From positions 42,532,001-42,596,000 of the forward strand of contig OX597821.1 in assembly GCA_951406725.2 (NCBI GenBank): DNA of 64,000 nt, in the 5' to 3' direction. Origin of the DNA: Octopus vulgaris. Its lineage: Eukaryota. Made by a program: the position numbers and the translations under genes. Of the stretch, positions 13,121 to 25,893 are shown in pieces (the stretch's first letter is position 1; every line of letters begins with the position of its first letter). Below the pieces are notes generated by a model that saw nothing but the letters and a program-made list of their open reading frames with translations, ran no database searches and had not been told where the DNA came from.

Positions 13121-13519
13121 TCCATGTTTTGTTTCAATACAAAGCATAAACGCACCAAGCAATTAACAAGTTGAATTTTGAGTTTTATACATTTGCTTAT
13201 ATCCCCTGCTTTCTCTTTTTCACTTTATTATACCGATAAATAAAATTCAACCTTTCAATTAGGTGATTTTCATTAAAAGAAAATAAGAAAACTATTTAAT
13301 AATGAGAGACTTAATAAATAAACTATTTCTGTTTTCACTTATGTTTTCGAAATCCTATTGCTGAAATACACTTCTATCATATTTATTTTATAAATAAATA
13401 TGCTCACCATATCTTACTTGCCTTTGCTATTCTGAAATAATAAAAGTAAACATTTTATAATAAACACACTCTTAAAACCGCAAAAAAATGTATTTATGAC
13501 CGTTTTCCAAATCATTTTC

Positions 13520-13748
13520 CTCTAAAATACGGCAGAAATTGTATTCACCTCAATAGACGTCATTGATTGGTTGAAATTGCCGAAATGCAAGAAATTAAAC
13601 TACAAATAGCTTACAAACTACAGAATTTTCTCAAGAAAGCCAAGCGAAAAAGATGTTTTATGTAACACACTACTAGTATACGAAGTTTTAAAATGTTCAG
13701 TTACAAAGAAATTATTTTTAAAATCTGCCGGTCAAAGCGAAAAGATCC
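13520..13748. mobile_element. Partial copy (one end) of the GGATC-terminated MITE family
   Basis: Matches 38085-38304 and ends ...GCGAAAAGATCC. Confidence 0.75.
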
Positions 13749-14199
13749 TATGTATGTATGTATGTATGTATGTATGTATGTATGTATGTATGTATGTATG
13801 TATGTATGTATGTATGTATGTGTGTGTGTGTGTGTGTGTGTGCGTGTGTGTGTGTGTATGTATGTATGTGTCTGTGTGTGTATGTATGTATGTCCTTGAT
13901 AAGCTGATGAGGAACTTCTATGTAAGTTATAATTGAAATTTCACACGTTTATTTGTTGAGGTTAAATATTAAATACGAAGCTCCCATACATTTGCCTTTC
14001 AGCTTTAAACGTTGAACATTTAAATGTTTTCAACAGCAAATTTTCATGAGAAAATAAAGTTTATTCACATGTAAATAACATGTAAACAACTCTACCTTCG
14101 GTTGATCACCGAGTGTATTAGATCAGAAATCAGGTTTTCAGATTTTGTTTTATATTATATTCAAGTGTGTGTGTGTTTGTGCGTGCGTGATAAAGAGAA

Positions 14200-14259
<60 letters not shown>

Positions 14260-14543
14260 AGTTCGTAACCAAGAATCGAAACCTTGGTCTTCATGCTTCT
14301 CTCCATTGTTCTCGGAATCTGCACTTTATTAGTGTCACCTGTCAAAGTCACCACCATGTTAAGTGTGACAGAGTTCAATCTAAATAGCTCAGCCAATTTC
14401 TATTTTTATTGACCCAGTTCAACATTAGAACAGCTGTATATTCGAGAGAAAAAAAAACTCCAATTCTTACTGAGATTTTCAGACAGTTCCTTCTGAAACT
14501 TCCAGACAGTTCTGCAATTATTACCTTCCTCCTTCCACAGAAA

Positions 14544-14631
<88 letters not shown>

Positions 14632-14656
14632 GTCTGTCTGTCTACCTACATATCTG

Positions 14657-14723
<67 letters not shown>

Positions 14724-14762
14724 CTCCTGTCAGAGTATATAAATGTGCGCTTATGCAGTTTG

Positions 14763-14802
<40 letters not shown>

Positions 14803-14830
14803 GAGAAAGAAGCAACAAGAATGGATTAGT

Positions 14831-14921
14831 TTTTAGTACAATTGTTTCATACAAAGACAGGCTTTATTAAAAGTTGCAAAAATTGCAGCAGATAAAAGTG
14901 TCCCGTACTCATCAGCTAAAA
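14831..14921 (-). ncRNA. Minimal type I hammerhead ribozyme (PLE-associated)
   Basis: Minus strand: TTTTAG-CTGATGA-GTACGGGACA...TGTCTTTGTAT-GAAA-CAATTG-TA-CTAAAA. Perfect 6-bp stem I, intact core, stem II with G.U pairs, palindromic stem III and a GUA cleavage triplet. Confidence 0.8.
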
Positions 14922-16318
14922 TACATATGAGTTCTCCAAACATCTTAGTGGGTGAGGCTATACTCATGAAGTATTGGAGATAATTTCATTAAAAGCAGAT
15001 TTAGGTTGTAAACAGATTTCCGAAGTTCCTTAATGATGATGCACAGTCTTATCACAGGTTTTTAAAAAAGCTTATTAGCTTCACAGAGAAGGTGAATTAA
15101 TCCGTAGTGTAGATGTAAATTTCCAGAGATATGAGGAGGAATTTCATACTCACAGACGATGAATTTATCCATGGTTAATCCACAATGAGGTGGGTATCAT
15201 TTCATGCTATATGATAAGGTATTTGCCACATTACTGTTCTCTTCACAAGACTGCTATGTTATGACTTCTAAAGGCTGAAGGAATTTTTGTGGAGCAAAGA
15301 AAAGAAAAGAAAGGAAAGAGAAGAAAAGAGACAAGGAAAAGGAAAAAAGAAAAGGAAAAAGAAAAAAGAAAAAGGAAAAAACAAAAAACAAAAAAGAAAA
15401 AAGGAAAAGAAAAAAGAAAAAAGGGGAGAAGAAAAGAAAAAAGAAAAAAGAAAGAAGAAAAAGAAAAAGAAAAAAGGGGAAAGAAAAAAGGGAAAGAAGG
15501 GAGAAAAGAAAAAACGCCCACATAGAGTATACTGTGACAACTTAGAGGGAAAGGGGTTCTAAAGTGACCTACTACACAGAAGAATTTGTAGACGGCCTGG
15601 CTGGCTTGAATTTGCAAGAATCCAGGAACTATAAGGAGAATATTATTTTTGACCAGTAAAACAGCTATTTATTGCCAACCTGACGTAGTTGAAAGCAGAT
15701 ATGAATCTAAAGAGAATCTAAAGAGAATCTAAAGAGATAACAAGGTCAGGGGTAGAGGGGTCAAAGGCTATCATCAAAAGGAAATACATTAAGAGAAAAA
15801 ATCTAAGTGCAATCCTAACAAGAGGTCATTTAAATTTATTTATTTATTTATTCCTGTTACTGTCTTAAATTGTTGCCGTTACTATCTATACATTGACAGA
15901 CTACAGGTCAAAATTTAGAAGATTAGTTTACAAGGTGTGATGGAATTGTCTATTATTTTGAAATTTCTCATGCTACTTTTCAAGGGAGTAGCCTTACTTA
16001 TTTAATTTTGTAATAGAATTATGAAGCCTAAGTAACTTATTTTATTAAAGTTGTGTTACCTAAATTAGATTAAATTCAAAATTCAAAATTCAAAATTAAG
16101 ATTTAAAATTAAATAAAACTTCATTTAAGCAACGTACAAGTACTATTTATTTCCTTGTGCTCAAAATCAGGTGCAGTTATAAAGAAAAAGATAACTATAG
16201 TGTGAGAACTCGCAGTTATCTACTTAAAAATTAAAGTAATGCTATACTAGTAAAAACCAAGCTATATCTATCTATCTATCTATCTATCTATCTTGTTACG
16301 ATTATTCTATACAGTTAT

Positions 16319-17554
16319 TCATTTAAAATATTTTAGAGTCTTCAATTTAGCGTGGACACAAACTTGACCTACTTCAATATGGTTATTTAACAAACCTCTA
16401 TTTTTTCTATACCTTAGAATTTCATAGGTCTCCATGGAGCAGAGTTGGCAACCAACCCTGTTATTTTTATACGGCATTGCTCTCCTAACTATTTCCCAAT
16501 TAAGGTTATAATTCCTGTTATTATTTTTGAGTTCCCAGATCTTACTTGAAAGTGTGGTGGTACCAGCTTTATGACGTAATTTAAAAGATGAGACGTGATT
16601 TCTAACTCTGTCTCTAAAATTTATCGTACAACCAATGTAAAAAAATTTGTTATTCTCAGTAGATATGGTACATTTATAGATTACGTTATTTTCCCCGCAT
16701 AGACCAGGTGCCGGGCATTTTGACTTAATTCTACACTTACACGCAGGAGGAACAACTTCAGATGTTGGATTATTCATGGGTAGATGTCTTATGTTCCTGT
16801 TATTTTGATTATCATGAGTATAATTATCTTTATTATTATTATTATTTTTATAGTTGGTGCTGCTATCTAAAGCATTGTTATTATTTATTGATCCTTCTGC
16901 TCCATCTTTTAGGTCTAAAGTCCTACCATGATTATTTACATTATTGGTAATGTTACTATTATTGCTAGTATTTTTATCTGACTGTATATTGTTGTTATAG
17001 ATATCACTGATATTTTCATTCTCTGTATTTTCTCTATTAGCCTTACTTCTATTATTAACATTATTACTTCTATTAATATCGATATTATTATTACTCCTAT
17101 TAATGTTAATATTATTATTAGTCATTCTGTGGTTACTGATTCCATCCATGTTTTGATAGTTACTATTGTTGCGTTTATTGTTGGTAGTATTATTATAATT
17201 GTTATTGGTATTCATGTTGGTATTATTATTTTTATTTTTATCTTTCCTGGCTAGCTTAATGTTGTTATTATTAATCTTAGCTATTAAAGTGGACATATTT
17301 GGGAGGGTTGAATAAGAAATCCTAACTGTTTTCTTAGAAATAATTCTATGATATCTATGAGAGATTGGGAAATTTTTTTCTAGAATTACTTTGAATTTGC
17401 TCTGTATATCCGATTGAATCGCACAGTTGAAAGGAATATTCAGCCATATTATATCTTTCTTATTAAATTTCCTTGAATTAGAATCAGGGTTCGTAGAATT
17501 ATTACTATTCATCTCATCAAAGTCATTATACTTATTACCATTATTTGTGTGCAT
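16319..17554 (-). CDS. PLE ORF C-terminal half: linker, CxC zinc motif and GIY-YIG endonuclease with a long Asn-rich insert
   Basis: IIWLNIPFN, RISYSTLPNM, CKCRIKSKCPAPGLC, VIY...FYIGCT..FRDRVRNHVSSF, TTLSSKIWELK, YNLNWEIV, CQLCSMET. Open for 411 codons. Confidence 0.85.
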   Translation of the reverse strand: MHTNNGNKYNDFDEMNSNNSTNPDSNSRKFNKKDIIWLNIPFNCAIQSDIQSKFKVILEKNFPISHRYHRIISKKTVRISYSTLPNMSTLIAKINNNNIKLARKDKNKNNNTNMNTNNNYNNTTNNKRNNSNYQNMDGISNHRMTNNNININRSNNNIDINRSNNVNNRSKANRENTENENISDIYNNNIQSDKNTSNNSNITNNVNNHGRTLDLKDGAEGSINNNNALDSSTNYKNNNNNKDNYTHDNQNNRNIRHLPMNNPTSEVVPPACKCRIKSKCPAPGLCGENNVIYKCTISTENNKFFYIGCTINFRDRVRNHVSSFKLRHKAGTTTLSSKIWELKNNNRNYNLNWEIVRRAMPYKNNRVGCQLCSMETYEILRYRKNRGLLNNHIEVGQVCVHAKLKTLKYFK

Positions 17555-19137
17555 CTTTGATTTATCTAATTCGATTTTATCCGAGTTACCTATGCTTTGG
17601 TCTTTTCTTCTATTTGAATTGTTGGCTTGTACGCTAGATTTGCGGTTACCGTGAATCTACTTCTACTTCTATTTCGGGCCTGGTCTATATTGCTGCTTAC
17701 GTGATTACTGATAACTTCTTTATTAGGAATATGTAAGTTCCCCTTATCAATGAATGTAATCTTTTGGCTGTATCCTGCCTTAGTTAACGCCGCATTATAA
17801 TGCTCAGAATGAGAGTTAAATAAGGATATATTTAACTCTCATTCTGAGCATTCTAATGCAGCGTTAACTAAGGCAGGATACAACCAAAAGATTACATTCA
17901 TTGATAAGGGGAACTTACATATTCCTAATAAAGAAGTTATCAGTAATCACGTAAGCAGCAATATAGACCAGGCCCGAAATAGAAGTAGAAGTAGATTCAC
18001 GGTAACCGCAAATCTAGCGTACAAGCCCAATAATTCAAATAGAAGAAAAGACCAAAGCATAGGTAACTCGGATAAAATCAAATTAGATAAATCAAAGATG
18101 CACACAAATAATGGTAATAAGTACAATGACTTTGATGAGATGAATAGTAATAATTCTACGAACCCTGATTCTAATTCAAGGAAATTTAATAAGAAAGATA
18201 TAATATGGCTGAATATTCCTTTCAACTGTGCGATTCAATCGGATATACAGAGTAAATTCAAAGTAATTCTAGAAAAAAATGTCCCAATCTCTCATAGATA
18301 TCATAGAATTATTTCTTAACGTACCCAAATAGGACTTAACCGAACATTGCTGATTCAAAAACATCTATATTTATACTTTAAAGTTGGTTTTCATACCCAA
18401 CCCAGTTCTGCAGAATCAGTGTCGCGACGGGAGCACATGGGTTGGGAGTTTGATCGGGAGAGGCGATCAGGTTGCATATGCCGACCCTTTTGAAAACACC
18501 ACTCCCATCATGTAACCCCATTTTGCCTATGGGTTGAGAACCCTTCCAGCAAGGAAAATAGAACGCTTAAAAGGGCCCCCGATCCTCTGTGTGAGAAGCG
18601 GTTATGTTCAGATCACAACTAAGTATATATATATATGGGCAACACACACACACATACACACACACAAACATATGCGTTCATACACCTATTGCATACATGT
18701 TTTTGCACGCCTTTGCCCCTGCCACTGTCCTACCACCACCTCCTACTCGAGTAATACCATCAATTGAAGCAAATTTGGCACCCGGACGTAAGTTTTGTCA
18801 CAGGAATAGAGAATACCTTCTCCCATAGAGATGTGAGAGTCATATCTCTCCTTTCGAAAACATGAACAGTTTCGAAACATTGTTTACAAAATAATAGCTG
18901 ATCGTTTGCGAAGGAGCGTGTCTACAGTCAACACGTAGGTCTTTTGCTCTGGTAACCTCTGCTCTCTCCCATGTTCACGCACGACTAGCCATATATATAT
19001 CGCTATGAGTAGAGCAACAGATTCGGCTAATTTGGAAATTAGTTGTGAAAAAACGGAGAATATCTTTTATATTGTGTATATAAATATACGGGCAAAACAC
19101 ACACACATTGCATACACGTGTTTTGTACGCATACATG

Positions 19138-19212
<75 letters not shown>

Positions 19213-19312
19213 GTGTGTGACTGAAGCCATTCATACATACAAACATAACAACACCTGTCTGTCTGGTTTTGCCTATCAATCACTCAGTAAAAAGACGAAA
19301 TTTTGAAAATCT

Positions 19313-19352
<40 letters not shown>

Positions 19353-19679
19353 TCCCTCCTTCTCTTTATACCGTCGCTAGTTTGGTTTGTAAACAATGGT
19401 GGATTTCTCCGCCGTGAAAATTGCTAGAAGTTATGGCTCAAAATTATTTACCGCTATTCGCGGGTACCTCGGGGGAAAATAATTTGACGAAAATACAGCT
19501 AGGATCGTGACGAATGTCCTCCTAAAATTTGAGCGACATGCGTGCTTATTTGTAGATGTGCATAAACTACATTCACGCACACTCACACACACACGCACAC
19601 ATCCTGCCTTATATATATATACAGATATGCATAAGTTAAGAGTTCCACTAAATAATCTATTTAAAAAATATGTCAAGTG

Positions 19680-21035
19680 AAACTGGGCTGGAGATTGTCA
19701 GAAAGTGTTTGACGAAATTAAAACAATAGTACCATCTGATTTGTCGTTAGCACACTTCGATTTTGCAGTGGGGATTGTTGTAGCTTCAGATGCCTCTCAG
19801 TAATGCTACATAAATATAAAGATGGTAACATGAAAGCAGTGGTTCATGCCTCACGTTCTCTGATATCAGCAGGAAAAAATTACAGCCAAATCGGAAAAGA
19901 GGCTCTAGCGATTGTTTTTCCCGTAAAAAAATTTCATAAATTTTTACACGGTAGAAGTTTTCGACTACAGACTGATCATCGTCCGTTATTAACTATATAT
20001 GGGCTGAAGAAATGAATCCCTACCCATACTGCTAATGGGTTGCAATGCTGTGGTACGGTATTATTAAACTATGATTTCAAGAAGGAGAATATAACATTTA
20101 AGAAATTAGGACACGCTGATTGTTTATCAAGACCGATTTTAAAAAATACTGAACCATTTGAAGACACTGTGATTGCTGTGTTGCGAGCGGAAAATGAAAT
20201 TAAAATATCTTGTGTAACGTCGTATGTGAACTGACAGTCACATAACAGGACAAAATTAAAATCGGAAAACGACAAATTCATTAAAAAATTGCAAGAAATC
20301 CTGAAGACTAAAAGAGATAAAAATTTGCGCAATACAAATGCGAACCCATTCTCAATGTGTGACGGTGTGTTGATGTACGCACAAAGAGTCGTAGTGCCAG
20401 CCACACTACAAAAGCGATTGCTGAAGGAATTTCACATTGATCACCCAAGGTTTTCGAGAATGAAATCGTTAATGAGACCTTATGCATATTGGCCAACAAT
20501 GGACCATGACATTGAAGAACTAGTGAAAGCATGCCGAGGGTGTGCTCTAGCTGCAAAAGCACCAACCACTAAATGGCAATCGTGGCCCAAAAACAGATAT
20601 GCCATGGCCCAGACTGCATGTTGATTACGCAGGTCCACTTAAGGGTTCATATTACCTTGTTGTAGTGAACAGTTTTTCAAAGTGGCCTGAAGTGCATAAG
20701 TGTAAAAAGACAGTAAGTCTTTTACACGAATTTTTCGCCAGATATGGTATTCCTGATACCATTGAGTCTGATAATGGGACTCAATTTACTTCAGACGAGT
20801 TCAGGAAATTTTGTAAAATATTCGTTATCGAACATGTCACCACCCCGCCGTATCATTCTAGGTCAAACGGACAAGCGGAGTGTTTTGTTGACACTTTCAA
20901 GAGGGTCATAAAAAAGGCAAACAATGAAGATATGAATGACCTTGCACTTCAACAATTTCTAAGCGTGTACCGAGTAACACCTAATGCAAACACTCCGTCT
21001 GGAATGTCAAACGCAGAATTGTTGTTTGCTAGAAA
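19680..21035 (+). mobile_element. Ty3/Gypsy pol relic (RNase H and integrase), pseudogenised
   Basis: ASDAS, NYSQIGKEALAIVF, LQTDHRPLL, HADCLSR, zinc-binding region (H.DHP..CRGC), HVDYAGP, SDNGTQF and SNGQAE, with stops and frameshifts. Confidence 0.9.
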
Positions 21036-21346
21036 TCGTGCAATACTTCTATGGGGATTTCATTGCTCGTGACTGTTTTTTTTTTTGTGAATCTTTTTTA
21101 AAGATGGTTAATATGTCATTTATGTTCGACATTTTCCCTTTTACCAGGAATAACATTCTTCCAATTTGTTTAATAATTACACCGTTCTCCTAGCTTTCTT
21201 TTACTATAACTAAAGGTTTTAAAAAAAAAAACTTTGTTACCTAACTTGAAGAATTTTAGAGTATTTTTTTGTTCACCTTTTTTCTATTTTCACCCGGTAT
21301 CAATTTAGCAAAAACGGATCATTGAATCCTTAGTCAAAGCAGGTAA

Positions 21347-21849
21347 TATAGTGTTGCTAAAAGTGAGTTCGACATTTCAGCGATACCAGATACATTAAAA
21401 AAGAATTCCTTGAACCTCGTGGTTGGTTAGGAAGCTGGTGGCACCTTGGTGTTTGGTGTGCCTTTGGAGGGACAAACAGAAATATGGCCATATGTCGGCA
21501 CTCGCGTGCACAAATATATAGCTACGTTGCGGGGGGGGGGAGAAACTTCTAGGTTATATGGATGGTTGAACTAAATGATCCTTTTGTAACTACCTGCCCT
21601 CGCCCCTTAAACGTGAGCGTGCGCGTGCACCCCACACTCATTCATGTACGAACATTTCTCTCTTTCTTTCTCTCCCACACACCACCAAACCTCCGTTCCA
21701 CGCCAATTTCCCCCAGCAATGCTGTTGCGACTGCACTAGCACACATCAGTGTATGCACGCACACATAAATACCAAAAGCTTGCGTGCGTGCGTGTCTGTG
21801 TGTGTGTGCGTGCGTGTGCGTGTCTGTGTGTGTGTGCGTGCGTGTGCGT

Positions 21850-21890
<41 letters not shown>

Positions 21891-22251
21891 TACATATGTG
21901 TCCTTCCAGACAAACACGCACACATTCATTCGTTCACATATAAATACATGAATGTGCATAGTCACGTTCACCAATCATCTATTGCACGCACCCAAAAATA
22001 TGTATCCTACGTATGTTCGCGCATGGATGAGTATAAGGTAGGTGCTAACGCACAAGTTTTCGTATACGTGCGCGCGCAGCTGATCTACACAGCTGACACA
22101 GCTATATATTCGCGCACGCGAGCACCCACAAGTAGCCATGTTTCAGTCACACCCTTCAAAGGTCAACCAGACACCAAGGTGCCACAGAACTCCCTTTTCT
22201 AATGAAACTCGTGTTGCTGAAACGCTGAACTCACTTCTATAAACACCATGT
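21347..22251. mobile_element. Old fold-back MITE with internal (GT)n/(GCGT)n microsatellite
   Basis: AAGTGAGTTC...GTGGCACCTTGGTGT (left) mirrored by ACACCAAGGTGCCAC...GAACTCACTT (right). Confidence 0.6.
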
Positions 22252-22679
22252 GACCAGCTTTGACCAATAACAACCTAGTTTCCAGTAGCAATCTTGGACT
22301 TCCTGTACTTTTCCATTCGGTTTTCTAAGACCGAATGAGCTAGATTTCCATAAAAAAGCTTGCGTAAATTTATGTCTCATGAAGCAGTTTAAAATAATAA
22401 TATACTTATAAATACAAATTCAGCTAGACAAATTTACATCAGTTATTAATTTTCTTAGAGTTAGCTTCAAAATATTTGTCAGGTTTTTATTACAAAAAAT
22501 CTAAAATATTTCTCTATGAATAAATGGTAAAAATAAATTATAGAAGAACCCAGCAGAAAAGTAAAAATTCCTATAGAAAGTAAGGAAAAGTATAGAAGCT
22601 GAAAAATTCTACACAAAAAAGCAGTAATTATAAAAACCATTTTTACTACCTGGATTTAATTTTTGCACTGAGGCATGAA

Positions 22680-24170
22680 AAACTCCGTCCTTAATCACTT
22701 AATTACATTATTTGCAATGAATATTTGGCGAGTGAAAGTACGAAGTCTGCTAATTTAGGAACATTTTAAAACTGGATGTGTTTCCTATTCAGCAAATGTT
22801 TGTCGTTTTCTAAAAGATTAATATCATCTCGTTAGTTCGAAGAAAATTCTACTTTTGAGTGCCATACAAAACCTCATGCTGAATTACAAAAGCTAAGAAA
22901 TCATACATGATTGACGAAGAACTGTGTTACTAGATTCCCAGAAATTATTCATAGAAAGACTTTATGTGAACGAAACGGAAACAATTCCAATGGCAAATGA
23001 TACAGCATGCAAAAGAATTCCCGAAATTATCAATAGCCAATTTCAGCAACATAATTGAAGAACTTGAAGGATGTAATAAATTTGTGATTAAGATGGAATC
23101 GGCCAACATTTACAAACGCCATTCAACTATAGGTACATGTAGTATGAAATAGTGATTCCTCGTACACGCTGTTTTCGTATAAAAACAGCATTATCGAAGA
23201 GGTTTGCATCGAAGTGGATTATTTTCTTAAGGATGTAGATCTGAAATGGAATAAATGCATTTTTAGATGTTTCGGCGCAGAATCAATGACAGGAAGAAAC
23301 GTAAAATTGCACGATAAAGTTAAACCCGGAACTAATGCACTTATTAATTATATCCACTCCTTGCATAATTCATGGCAAAAACATTAGTGATTTTTAAAAT
23401 TCTTCAAATCTAAGTGCAGCAATACAAAATGCAGTTAAAACGATTACTTTCATTAATAGCTACGCTTTGAAAAGCTATGTTTAAAAACCTCTGCAATTAA
23501 ATGGAATTCTAGTCTAACAAAGTTTCCCTGCAAACAGTCGTGCGATGGCTGCCAAACGGATGAGCTTTGATATAGCTAAGAGACTTAACAAACGTACTAA
23601 TGTTGTTTTCATCCGAAAAGAACTAAAATTTCAGAATTCTCTCATGATAGGAACTGACTTTGCAAATTATATTATTTGTTAGACATATTTGAGAATCTTA
23701 AAGTTAACATTTCTTTTGTAAGAGAAAATATGTTTTTACTTTGAAAGACAAAACGTAAGCGTTCAGACAAAAAAGAAAGGAATGCAGTATTGAATGATAA
23801 ATTTGGAATGTTTCCATGCATTGATGTAAAAAAAAAAAGTTTGATTTTGATTCGATTAAGCAGATAAAATAGTTTCTATCAACTATAGACAATTGTAAAT
23901 CAGATTGTGTGTGTCCAAATCCCATTCAATGTAGTAATGGAGCAAATTAACATCTTGAAGGTTCAAGAAAAATTCCCAGAATCATCATACCACTGTAGCA
24001 TAAATTTTTAAAAATTAACTTTAATGTTTTTTGACTGAATGTGAAATCAGAATTCCAAATAGTATCTGAATGACCAATGGCGATTCTTCTACCATTTCCT
24101 TCCACGTACTTATGTGAATCAACATTTTCAGTTTTGAGTGTAATAAATTCAAAACACACCATTGAAGACA
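22680..24170 (+). mobile_element. Highly degenerate hAT (Buster/Charlie-like) transposase
   Basis: N-terminal IICNEYLASES.K.ANL (BED-finger-like) and C-terminal ILLPFPSTYLCESTFSVL..INSK dimerisation motif. Confidence 0.75.
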
Positions 24171-24340
24171 TTTACATATTTGTTATTATTAGTATTTTCA
24201 ACAGCACGAGAAAGACAATCGCTACACATATCGAGGACACATTCTCGTTCTCTCTACCCCACCCCCATTCACACATAAATAGCATATTCGGACAGATAGA
24301 CGATACAAAGACGGACACACAGACACACACACACACACAC

Positions 24341-24393
<53 letters not shown>

Positions 24394-24866
24394 AATTGAG
24401 ATAGGGGTTGTAAATGCAACCCTCTATGGGATAACGTATATCCAATATACTGCTAGTGAAGTACCCAACAAAGTTAATACATAAATGTTAATGATTGCGA
24501 TGCAATCAATTCATTTACTGTATTATATGGGCAAAGGTAAAATGATTTACCACAAATTACTAATACAAGATAAGAAAATGGAGAAATACATCTAAATCAA
24601 ATATCAATTACCAGATAATACTCAATCACATACTTTATTAAACCACCACATAAGAGACAGTAATATTCTTTTTTATATATATTCTAATTATTATACAACA
24701 TTACTCTTTTATGTACACTTTTTTATGTACATTCCTTTATGTACACTTATTTGTTCTGCTTTTTATATTTAACCCTACAGTCTCTTATGTGGTGAATAAA
24801 GTATGTGATTGAGTATTATCTGGTAATTGATATTTGATTTAGATGTATTTCTCCATTTTCTTATCT

Positions 24867-24909
<43 letters not shown>

Positions 24910-24914
24910 TAAAG

Positions 24915-25893
24915 TTTATATGATGGTTTGCTGAAAAAAGAAGCTGAAACTTCTAATGAAAAACCCTTTTTGGCTAGTAAAGGCTGGTTTGAAAGGTTTA
25001 AGAAGGGCATGAATTTGCACAACATAAAAATGACTAGCGAAACTGCAAGCGCTGATACAGATCTTGCTTGTAATTATCCTGAGTATTTGGGTAAAAAATG
25101 ATCGCTGAAGGGTGCTACACATCAAATCAAGTATACAATGTTGATGAAACTGCTCTTTTCAGGAATCACATGCTTGCTAAAACTTTTATTTCACGAGAAG
25201 AGAAATCAATACCAGTATTTAAAGCTTCCGAAAATCGTCTGACACTTCTTTTGGGAGGAAATGTTGCTGGTGGTTTGAAATTAAAGCCCCTACACGTGTA
25301 CCATTCCGAAAATTTGAGAGCTTTCAAGGGTTACTCAGTTTAACCTGCCTCTGATTGTACAGGCATAGATGACTAAGAGCCTTTTCAAAGAATGGTTTAC
25401 GAACGCTTTTTTGTCCCGCCGTAGAAAAGATAGAGTACCAGACATATTTCCAACAAAGCATTACTATTTTTAAACAACGCACTGGGCCATCCAGCGTGCT
25501 TAGATGACCTTTTTGGCAATGTGAGAGTAGAATATATCCCCAAGATACAACTTCTTTACTCTAGCCAATGGACCAAGGTATGATAGCTAACTTCTAATCA
25601 TATTATATAAGAAGATATAATATTTATTAATTCTCTTATTCCTCTTGAATTGTTTTTGTTTTCATGTATCTATATTGCATCATGTATATTTAGAACTAGT
25701 TATTTTCGTGTATAAAGGTGATCGTGTTACTTGTTCTTTGTTTTCTTGTTCTTTTCTCTGTTTTTGCCGTGGGAAGGTAATCTCACGTGATAATAATAAA
25801 ATGAATAGGAAAATTAACTTCGCATTACGGAATTCTGCATTACGGTCATATTTTCAGGAACGCATTGTGTCCGTAAAACGAGGGATCCCTGTA
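24915..25893 (+). mobile_element. Tigger/pogo transposase relic
   Basis: ASKGWFERF, QVYNVDETALF, RLTLLLGGN.AG.LKLKP and PMDQG motifs. Ends ...GAGGGATCCCTG-TA like a Tc1/pogo terminus. Confidence 0.85.

Larger units (their letters stand above)
14800..18316 (-). mobile_element. 5'-truncated Penelope-like retroelement with inverted 5' duplication
   Basis: RT-thumb-like motif (IFNSHSEH.NAALTKAGY), C-terminal GIY-YIG ORF, ~1.5-kb 3' UTR with a pyrimidine tract, terminal hammerhead motif and (TA)n junction. The 5' end folds back as a ~490-bp inverted repeat. Confidence 0.85.

Noticed and set aside
13900-13945. CTGATGAG as a possible hammerhead core
   Set aside because: No stem II closing directly on a GAAA and no matching stem I strand could be found.
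15243-15617. Lys-rich and Phe-rich ORFs
   Set aside because: They arise from an (A)nG low-complexity tract in the PLE 3' UTR.
17427-18225. Paired 75-aa and 92-aa MKGIFSHII ORFs
   Set aside because: Antisense shadows of the PLE ORF, duplicated by the palindrome.
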